Below, one piece after another: positions 15,886 through 25,400 of a stretch of 30,712 nucleotides of DNA; the stretch's first letter is position 1, and the number at the start of each line of letters is the position of its first letter. Source of the stretch: a virus. Its lineage: Duplodnaviria; Heunggongvirae; Uroviricota; Caudoviricetes. The translations under genes were made by a program, and so were the position numbers. The stretch is taken from the IMG/VR virus record IMGVR_UViG_3300047493_000037, positions 1-30,712 of that record. The stretch is one strand, 5' to 3'. The notes under the pieces were generated by a model. The model was not told where the DNA came from, searched no databases, and was given only the letters and a program-made list of their open reading frames with translations.

Positions 15886-16878
15886 ATGACGGTAAAAGAT
15901 AGTTCTATCTGGTCAGATCCAGAAAGCACAGCAGTTGTTAATAGACTAGATGGCCTAATTAGAATAGGTATTGTGAAGGGTGCATTCAATGACACTGCTT
16001 CGGGTGAATTACGCTATCTTGTTGAGATTCAAAGCAATGCCAAAAAGATTAACATGAATTGCAGGATGTTAAGGAGATTTGGTGGAGTCTACAACTATGA
16101 AGATTTCATTGATAGAGGCTATAAGACAAATGACTCTCCAGATCCTGTTACAGGCTTTAATGCGAAAGCAGGCGATGCTGTTCTTGTGGGTCAACTCAAC
16201 GGGCAAGGCAGAGAAGGAATAATACTTGGTGGATTAACTCATGCTGCTAGAACAACCAATATTCAAGCAGTAGATGGACCGCAATATGACTCTGAGTTCA
16301 ATGGTATTCATACTAATATAAACGTAGATGGAGAGTGGACCTTAACATTCAAGGGTCAACCTACTAACTTAGACTTACTTGACAATAATCCTTCTGGAGC
16401 AATTCCGCCGCCAACATATGACACTACAGTAGGTAGCAGCTTCATGATGTTCGATAAGGACGGCGGCTGGACTGTAAGTGACAACGCCATTAGCGATCCC
16501 CAATCTGTTGTCATAGATAAAGCCAATGGAACAATCACGACAACGGCAGGACAAGTATCTTTGGTGATAAGTAAGCAGGACCAATCAGTCGAGCTTACTT
16601 CTAAAACTCTTACCTTAAACTCTTCTGACTCAATTAATGAGTCTACAAATGATTACAGTTTACTTGCCAATTCTAGTGCAAAATTTGATTCACCGCAGAT
16701 TGCAATAGGCCATGATGGCGTCGAACTACTAGATCAACTTACACAACTCATAGATGCACTAGGCCAATTAACTGTAATATCCCCAATGGGGCCTTGTTCA
16801 CCAGTGATGGCATCACCACAATGGGCTATGGTAACGCAGATACAGTCTAAGATTAAGCAAATAATGGGTTCTTTATAA
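15886..16878 (+). CDS. baseplate central spike protein (gpV/gp5-like OB fold + beta-strand repeats)
   Basis: GDAVLVGQLNGQGREGIILGGL OB-fold motif, alternating beta-strands, helical C-terminal tip; follows hub. Confidence 0.75.
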   Translation: MTVKDSSIWSDPESTAVVNRLDGLIRIGIVKGAFNDTASGELRYLVEIQSNAKKINMNCRMLRRFGGVYNYEDFIDRGYKTNDSPDPVTGFNAKAGDAVLVGQLNGQGREGIILGGLTHAARTTNIQAVDGPQYDSEFNGIHTNINVDGEWTLTFKGQPTNLDLLDNNPSGAIPPPTYDTTVGSSFMMFDKDGGWTVSDNAISDPQSVVIDKANGTITTTAGQVSLVISKQDQSVELTSKTLTLNSSDSINESTNDYSLLANSSAKFDSPQIAIGHDGVELLDQLTQLIDALGQLTVISPMGPCSPVMASPQWAMVTQIQSKIKQIMGSL

Positions 16879-16884
16879 CTTAAG

Positions 16885-16893
16885 TGATAGAAT
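16885..16893 (+). promoter_or_regulatory. extended -10 element TGaTAGAAT, 6 nt before ATG 16900 (leaderless arrangement)
   Basis: TGATAGAATataactATG; no SD. Confidence 0.6.
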
Positions 16894-16899
16894 ATAACT

Positions 16900-17862
16900 A
16901 TGGGCATCTTTAGTTCTTTAGCAGATACATTTAGCGTTCCAAATCCATCGCAGGCTCCTAATACGGCCTATAACGATGTCATTGCCGCATCAAGTGATCT
17001 ACAACTTGACAAGATGTACACACCAGATCCTAATAACTGGTTCACTGCTAAACCATATGGTTTTAAGTTTACAAAGAGAGGTACACCAGGAACACCTTTC
17101 ACGATGTTCTTGCCAATTAATCCTAGTAACATAAACGTGTCTACTAACTTTGCTACAAACATTGTTCCAACATTATATGGAACTGTAGAAGAACACTCTG
17201 ATATTAGATACTACGACATAGTCATCGAAGGAACAACCGGTATGTCGCCGAAGTTTGTTGAACCAACAAACAGCACAGATCCTAGTTATGCTTATGGCGC
17301 ATTACAGCAACCAGGAAGAGCTAAGTTCAAGATTGCAACTACTGCAGCTGGTGGATTCTTCTCTAACACTATTGCTCAGGTAGGAAACATCTTGGCTCAA
17401 GCTGGTAAGGCTGTTACAGCAATCACTGGATCTCAGCCGATGGAGACTGCTCTTTATAATAATCAAACTGGTTATCTTGCTTTTCATAACCTATATCGCT
17501 TTTTGATGAAATATAAGAAAGACGCTGCTGGCGTAGAAGGCAATGGTCCGCGCACCACTCATCCACTTACATTCTTTAACTATAAAGATGGTAACGAATA
17601 TGATGTCGCTATTAGAAATTTTACTCTAAGAAGATCTGCAGAAAATCCAATGTTATATTACTATTCAATCACCATGAGAGGTTACAACATTAGACCTTGC
17701 GGCGGCTTGAAGAATCTTGAAGATCTAAATCAACGCTTAAACGATCTTGGCCTTAACGGCGTGCAATCATCTAGTTTGCTATCCAGTGTTAAGGGAGTCT
17801 CTGATGCAGCTAAAGCAGTTGTTGGTTCTGCAATCAATGGCGTCAACTTATTTGGTAGGTAA
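16900..17862 (+). CDS. baseplate tube-initiator-like protein (P2 gpU-like tube fold)
   Basis: FLPINPSNINVS...IVIEGTTG and FTLRRSAENPMLYYYSITM pattern; precedes the LysM/gp25 gene. Confidence 0.6.
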   Translation: MGIFSSLADTFSVPNPSQAPNTAYNDVIAASSDLQLDKMYTPDPNNWFTAKPYGFKFTKRGTPGTPFTMFLPINPSNINVSTNFATNIVPTLYGTVEEHSDIRYYDIVIEGTTGMSPKFVEPTNSTDPSYAYGALQQPGRAKFKIATTAAGGFFSNTIAQVGNILAQAGKAVTAITGSQPMETALYNNQTGYLAFHNLYRFLMKYKKDAAGVEGNGPRTTHPLTFFNYKDGNEYDVAIRNFTLRRSAENPMLYYYSITMRGYNIRPCGGLKNLEDLNQRLNDLGLNGVQSSSLLSSVKGVSDAAKAVVGSAINGVNLFGR

Positions 17863-17864
17863 AT

Positions 17865-19457
17865 ATGGCAACTATTGCTCAAGCTTATCAAAGTATAGCG
17901 AATATCAATCTTTGGTTTAAACTTCAAACTGGAGATCAACTTGTTCTCACCGATGTTCCTTCAATAATCCCTCTAAGGTGGACTTATTTTAGTCAATCAT
18001 GGAACATGATTCTACCCACACTACAAGCTAAGGTAGCAGGATATGCACAGTCTGATTTATTTGCACAACAGCTTATAGATTTCACTAACTTCATAGATGT
18101 TCAAAGAAACAGCACTTCCATCGTTAATCCTTTATCAGATAGTAGCACACTGTATAAGTTTTACACTGTCTTTGACAATATCACTATTAAGTCAATTAAC
18201 TTAAATAATCAAGAACAAACATTATTGAACAATGCAACAACTATAGTGTCTCAATACTCTAAAAATGAATTTTTAGCACTTCAGGCAAATATAGCTTCAT
18301 ATAGAGATAGTCAAGCAGATGTTGTTGGATTAACGGATGCTACATACAATGCCACATACAACAGAAGCGCAATTACGGCTCAAACAACGGCACAAGTTCA
18401 AGACATCTCATACTTAGAAACCTTACAAGCTTCTATTCAAACTATAGATTTTATTCTTGCTAACTTATTTGCGGTTGATACTGCAATAGATCCGTTCTCA
18501 GTGGCTAGAGCAAACGCAAACAATCCTGCTATCAACATTGGTCAGTACTCATCAGGACAATTAGTGAGATTCCAATACGGTGATGACTTAGAAAGTTTAG
18601 CCAATAGATACCTTGGTGATCCCGCAAAATGGATAGACATTGCAATAGCAAACGGTTTACAACCTCCATACATTGATGAGATAGGTCAAAACATTCCATT
18701 ACAAGCTAATGGTAGTGGCAATCAGATAAACATTGCAGCAACTGATGCAAGTGGAAATGACAATAGTGAGAAGTTCTACGTAAATCAAACTATATTCTTA
18801 CAATCTAGTGCACAACTTTTCCCTGACCAAAGAAACATTATCAGCATAGAAGAAATTTCCGCTACTGGAGACTTAATTATTAGTTTGGATGGCGCAAGTA
18901 ATCTAAGTCAATATACGACAGCAGCCAATGCTTATGTGCTTGTATATGCCCCAAATACTATAAATAGCGCTCTATTCATTCTTATCCCATCCACTAATCC
19001 TCTTCCAAATCAGAGGCAAGACACAGTGCCTTGGTTTTTAGCAAAAGACGCAGAAGATGAGAAGAGAATGGGCATAGACTTGTTGATTGGCCCAAATGAC
19101 GATCTCATATTTACACCAAACAACGATTTAAGTTTAAGTTATAGTTTGCAAAATGCCACACAAGCAATGAAGTTAAAAATAGTTACAGAGTTAGGTGAAC
19201 TTCGTTACCATACTGGTTTTGGACTAGTTAATGTAATAGGTAATAAAAACAACAACATAAGCTCCGTTAAAACTGCCATAACAAACTCCTTAATCACTCA
19301 AGTGGCACAGGATAGCAGATTTGACAGAATAGAATCATTAAATGTTGATTATGTTATAAGTGGAAATTCTCCGTCTGCCTTGGTTATAGAGATGAATGTA
19401 AGGTTGTCTGGCGGTAGTCAAGTAATACCTATTAGTTTCAGCGTCAACTATACATAA
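17865..19457 (+). CDS. baseplate protein: LysM-like (gpX/gp53) domain fused to a C-terminal gp25-like sheath-initiator domain
   Basis: GDDLESLANRYLGDPAKWIDIAIANGL (LysM-like); NATQAMKLKIVTELGELRYHTGFG...QDSRFDRIESLNV (gp25/gpW-like). Confidence 0.75.
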   Translation: MATIAQAYQSIANINLWFKLQTGDQLVLTDVPSIIPLRWTYFSQSWNMILPTLQAKVAGYAQSDLFAQQLIDFTNFIDVQRNSTSIVNPLSDSSTLYKFYTVFDNITIKSINLNNQEQTLLNNATTIVSQYSKNEFLALQANIASYRDSQADVVGLTDATYNATYNRSAITAQTTAQVQDISYLETLQASIQTIDFILANLFAVDTAIDPFSVARANANNPAINIGQYSSGQLVRFQYGDDLESLANRYLGDPAKWIDIAIANGLQPPYIDEIGQNIPLQANGSGNQINIAATDASGNDNSEKFYVNQTIFLQSSAQLFPDQRNIISIEEISATGDLIISLDGASNLSQYTTAANAYVLVYAPNTINSALFILIPSTNPLPNQRQDTVPWFLAKDAEDEKRMGIDLLIGPNDDLIFTPNNDLSLSYSLQNATQAMKLKIVTELGELRYHTGFGLVNVIGNKNNNISSVKTAITNSLITQVAQDSRFDRIESLNVDYVISGNSPSALVIEMNVRLSGGSQVIPISFSVNYT

Positions 19458-19469
19458 CGTCATTCAGAG

Positions 19470-19475
19470 TAGAAT
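19470..19475 (+). promoter_or_regulatory. -10 element TAGAAT, 9 nt before ATG 19485
   Basis: In the 27-nt gap; no clear SD. Confidence 0.45.
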
Positions 19476-19484
19476 AGAGTAGCA

Positions 19485-22400
19485 ATGGCGTCACAGATTC
19501 AAATTCAGAGCTTTAATCAGTTTCTAGGTGCGATGATTAGAACAATCATTGCAAACACTCCACTTAACGACGTTAACCAAGGATCAGTTCTCCTAACGAT
19601 TCTTGAAGCGGCGGCAGCTAATGACTTTGAAAACAATGCTGCAATCTTAAGTTTGCTAAATCTACTGAATATCAGTACGGTTTCTGGTAGTGACTTAGAT
19701 AATAGAGCTGCTGACTTTGGTTTGACTCGTAATGCTGCAACTAAAGCCTCTGGCAACATTACGATATACAACACCAGCATCACTAAGCAAAGTTCTAGTT
19801 TGTACATTATCAAGCCCGCACCCATTGCAGGACAGACAGTCCTATACGTTAATGATACGACTGATTGGTCTGCTTCTGGAACTCTTTATGTAGGCAGAGG
19901 AACGACTCAGTTTGAAGGTCCAATTCCTTATAGTTCTATAAACGTGTTTCCGACCTATTCTCAGATTAATCTCTCAACGGCGTTGCAGAACAACCATCTC
20001 ATCTCGGACACCGTTATAAACTCCCAGGGTCAGCCGGATCGCATTATCGCGGCTGGTACGATCGTCAAGATCCCCGCAAATAATCAATCGCCTGAGATCG
20101 ATTATAGCACCCTCAGAGACGCCGTTTTACCTGCCGGTGAGACACAGGTCACAAACATAAACGCTATCGCTCTAGTTGCTGGATCAATCGGTAACGCACC
20201 AATTAACAGCATCACCCAATTTAACACATCTCCTTTCACAGGAGCTGGAGTATCTAATACTTCGGCCTTTTCCGGCGGCAATGACGTCGAGACTGACCAA
20301 GAACTAAGAGACAGAATCAACTCATACCCTAACACTCTAGCTAGAGGAACAGAGGGTGCTATTCTTGCCGCAGTAGAGCAAGTTTCTGACTCAGATGACA
20401 ATAAGCAGGTAGCCTCTGCTATTATCGCGGAACCTGCCGCAGTTGACGAGCCATCTATCCTATATATTGACGATGGTACGGGGTTCCAACCCTCTTATGC
20501 TGGTCAATCAGTCGATACACTTCTTACTAATGCTACTGGTAAAGAGGAGTTTTTACAACTTGCCAATTATCCAGTAACTAGACCACAAGTAATTAATACA
20601 GGTACTGGCCCATTTGCATTGCTAGATGGTTCATTCTTAAGAGTTGCTGTTGATGGAACTACAGAAGAGATATTCTTTTCAACTACTGACTTCGTTAATA
20701 TCTCTTCTGCTCAAGTTGCAGAAGTTGTTGTAGCTATTAACAAGCAATCAACTAATTTTAGCGCTAGATTGACCAACAATTCTGCAAATATTTTGCTTTA
20801 TCCACAGGCATTTGATGCCGAAATAATTCAAGTATTACCACTACAGACCAATGATGATCCTGCATTGAATGCAAATGCGTTGTTTGAGTTCCCTGTTACT
20901 GAGTTTTCTTTTATTGCTCTATTCCAAAATAGCACAAGACTTAGAGAAAAAACCATTACAGCTCAACTTGAAACAACAGGATTTGCATTCTGGAACATCA
21001 CCGGTCCAGGCGATTTAGCTATATCTGTTGATGGAACCCCAGAGCAAGATAGAGCCTTTAGTCTAAGTAACTTTCCAGGCGCATCTTCATTTTCTTCTTT
21101 AACTCTTGCTGATTGGGTCACTGCCTTTAATCAACAATTTGCTGGCATCACAGCTGTGGCAACTGCTAACCAAACAATGCAGATCAACTCTAATCAAGGT
21201 GGATCTAACTCTTCATTGTTAATCACTGGTGGTTCATTGCTGTTGAACTTATTCCCTATTCAACCGTTAAGTGCTGTTGGTCAGACTGGTCAATTCCTAC
21301 TAAATAGGCAGACGGGCAACCTTCAAATCTTAACAACTATAAATCCTGGCGATGATATCACTGCTGGCACAACTGATGCAAAAGGTTTCGTAGTATCTGC
21401 TGCATCTGCTAGCGGTACATATTCGCTATCTACTGATAGTTCGGGGCGTCCAGCTGAGGCAATCGTTGTTGCAGATTCAACCTATTGCAATAAGCGCACT
21501 CTTAATGCGGCAATTGGAACCACACTCACAATTAGTAATCCAAGTGGAAACATTATGAGAATAATGTCTAGTTCACTTACTGCTTTGGTTACATTACTAC
21601 CTGGTGATTTCATCTTTACGCCAGTGCGCACCACAGCATGGCTATCAGCGGGAAATACTGGCCTATTTAAGATTGTCGACAAGGGAAGTCATACTGCCGC
21701 AGGCGTAGACACGTATGTTGACGTCATGAATCCAGCTTCCAACATCACTCCTCAAACAGTAACAGTAGCTGATCCTGCAGACGTGCAAGCATTCTCTACG
21801 AATGGCTATCCACAAATCTGGTTTGGCTCGTTCACTCCAAATCCTCCATTAGCAACTATTGATGATATTGTGGCATCATTCAACAATGACCTAATTAATG
21901 TTATTGCTAGCGTTTATCACTCAGATGCTATCAAACTTACATCAACTACTGAACAAGGTGGAAGCATTGCGATCCCTGTAGTTGTTGGTAATGCATTGGG
22001 GCTATTTACTCCAACAAACACAGCTCAATTCGGCAATCCATCTGAAATTGCAAGTATCGTTTCTCAAAAGAGCTTACTAACCCACTTTAAGATTGCACAA
22101 CCCACTAACAAAGACACATTCTTAAATAGACAAGTCTTCACAGATTCAAAAGGTGCACTAACGTCTAATGCAATCCCAGCAGCACCTCCATATACTGCAA
22201 CATACAGTGAAACTCTACAATCTTCTGGTGTACTAAACACTAGCTATGTAGATTATGACAGCATTGTTTCTTTCACAAGAGGGAACAATAGAGACCAACT
22301 TAGAAGCGTGGCAGCATTAATAGCTGGAGACGAATTAGGTACCCAGGAAGCATTAGCGAGAACTAGTCTAGATCACACTGTTGGCGATGAATTTGAAATC

Positions 22401-25400
22401 GTTAAGCCACTACAAATTTCAGCGACTGACACTATCGTTGTCATCGTAGACGAAAACCCTGAACAGAACACGATAAATATTCCTATGTCAAGAACTGGAC
22501 AAGTAAACTCTGGTTCTAACTCAATGACGTTTATTCCAACCTCTACTGAATTCTCTGCTAATGATTATGACCATGATCAAGCAGCTCCGCCTGTTGGCAT
22601 TGACTTTTCTAACGCTAATGTATGGAGCACAACGCTAAACAACACTAATTTTTCTGACTATGCTGTTTGGTCTAGATCTAGAAACTGGTATGCCTCAGGC
22701 GGAGTTGGTTCTGGCGAAGGTGCAATGCTTGTTAGAGCCGTTGAATACGGCCCAAATGGCAACTTCTTACGTTTCAACGTAATGTATCCTACTATTGCTG
22801 CTCAAGCGGCAACTACATCGTTTGTTAACACTCCTTCATTCTCAACGTTTTCATACTATTTTGGGTCTGGCTCTGCTAGAGGAATAGCATTGACGGGTGG
22901 TAACACAATTACTGTTTATGGTCCATACCCAGACACAACTACTAATTTTCCAGATGGAGCATCATCTTCTGGTAATTATTATGACTATGCATTCTCTGCC
23001 GGAAATTTTGCGTCTGTTCAAGTTGGGGATGTAATTAGTGTTACTGGAGCATCTGGAGTATCTACCCCAAATCAAGGGCAATTTAGCGTACAAAATATAT
23101 CTGGAAACACCATTCGTGTACTAAATGTAAATGGTTCTGCTTCTAGTCCAGGTTCACCAGAAATTGATACAGTAACGACAGTAGCAGATGTGCTTGGAAC
23201 ACCTACTGCTTACGGTATTACTACTACTGCAGATACTAGTAGTTCACTAAATGGTAAGTATTTCATTGTCTACGACACAGCAGGATCTGTGGCTGTGTGG
23301 ATTAACGAGTCAGGCACTGCTGCTCAACCTGCAGCTGGCGCAAATAGATATATTATGGTTGGGACTGTTTTAGCCAATGATGATGCCTCAACAGTGGCAA
23401 CTAAAGTGACTAATGCAGTTAACCAAGATAGAGCATTTACTGCTGGAGTAAGTGGACCTCTTGTTACGATAACAAACGTTCAAAATGGTGCTCTTGCAAA
23501 TGGCAATGCTGGAACTTCAGGATTCACAGTGACCACAACCGCTGGAACAAACAACGATTCTCTTTCTGGAAAGTATTTTATTGTCTACGATGCAAATGGT
23601 TCCGTGTCAATTTGGTTTGACGTAGGCAATCAAGGCATTAATGAACCTTTTGATGGTGCAAACAGAGGAATAAGAGTCTACAACTTAAGTCCTGGAGCAA
23701 GTGCTGCAACAGTGGCAAGCGCAATTCAGCAGGCAGTAAACTCTGATTCAGCATTTACTGCAACTTCAACTGGTGATACAGTTACTATTACTAATAACTT
23801 TGACGGTAATGTTACAAGTGGCAACGCAGGAACTTCAGGATTCACAGTAGTATCCACGCCGGGAAGTAAAGCTGGTCCAGAGGCGATTACCAATCCTGTT
23901 GGTGTTAATATTTTCCCACTCACTGGTACATCTGTTTCTAGTATTACTGCAACTATCAACCTTAGTGCCCTAATGAGTGCGACTCCAATAGGTATACCTA
24001 GTTTAACCATTACTAAGTCTACAGAAGAAGATAAGTATGCTTACGCTGGAAATGCTACAGCTCTTGGTTACGGCCACAATCCAGATGATCCTAATGCAGA
24101 TAGTTTTATTGCCATGTTTGATGGGGCAAATTGGGTTAAAACATTTGAGAATGCAAATCCTAACTTCATACTAAAGACTCCTTATACATTACAGGGCGTA
24201 TCGACGATATACTCTATGGATACTGCCCCTAACTTTGATGTTGTGACCAATGGAGAACTATTTAAGCTAATTCCAACTACAGTTCAAAACCTTTATCACC
24301 AGTTAACACAGAAAGCTCTATCACAGTTACCAATTGTAGCTACTGTAAACATTGCAGATGATAGAAAAAACGTTCAGATAAAGTCTAATAAACTTGGATC
24401 TGCTGGTGCAATTGAACTTGTTGGTGGAGCAGGCAATCAGTCAACGATGTATATTCAGACAGAAGCTGAAACAGATACTGATGCTAATGGCAGCGTCCTA
24501 ATCGTAAAAACTCAAGCGTTCCCTGACACATTTAGCGTAGGTGACACAGTATTACTGCAAAACAATGCTGGAGTTCAAAGATTCAATCGTTTAACATCTA
24601 CGGACACAATTGACGTGTTAAGTGCCGGTGTTAATACATTTGAATACACGTATAACGCCAAGACAACAGGGATTAACTCTGGAACACTGTTCACGATAAC
24701 AGATGTTGGCGCATCTTACTCATTACCTGCTGGCTTTGTATGGAGATGGACAGCAACAGATGCAGGAGTATCCTTTGCCGAAGTAAATGCAGGCGATTTA
24801 CTGTACGCGTTCGGATCGTTGTCTGGCTGGGATCATAACAATCAGGTTCATCCATCGGGTGATGCCCAGGTTTCAGGTTTCCCTATTATTCATGTGAATA
24901 TTGGATCAAATTACGTAGATTTGGTCAATCCTTTTGGGATTGCAATGTCTTCTACGGCAGTTGGATCGGGCACTGTGCAGATTTGCCCAACGCCAGCCAT
25001 TAAATGGTATCTTACCCATGCAAATTACACACCAATTGTGAGTATCTCTTCTACTTCAGATGTAGTAACAGTAATCACCTCTGGTCCACACTATCTAAGC
25101 ACTGGAAATACTGTTAATATCCGTGATAGTTTTAACTTACCTGACGGCACATACACAGGGATCACTGTCACTGGGGCTAATACGTTTACTTTTAGTTATT
25201 CAGTAACAGATTTCACTGAAACCAACACTTTTGCTTCTGTAATCATGGGCACATTAACTCCAACGAGATATAGACTACAATCCTTGGGCTTTAATGGTCT
25301 TGTTAGACTTAATGCAGCTAATGGTCAATCACCAAACTTTTTAAGTTGTGGTGTTGCTGTTGATGATTACATACTAATCAGCGGTACAACATTTAGCTCA

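Noticed and set aside
23244-23860. Repeat pair as a diversity-generating retroelement TR/VR
   Set aside because: Differences are not adenine-specific, both copies are coding within one gene, and no reverse transcriptase is present.
19960-25000. Local patches that look more GC/CpG-rich (e.g. ~19960-20180, ~24780-25000)
   Set aside because: Visual impression only; it needs a sliding-window codon or k-mer analysis before recombination patches can be claimed.
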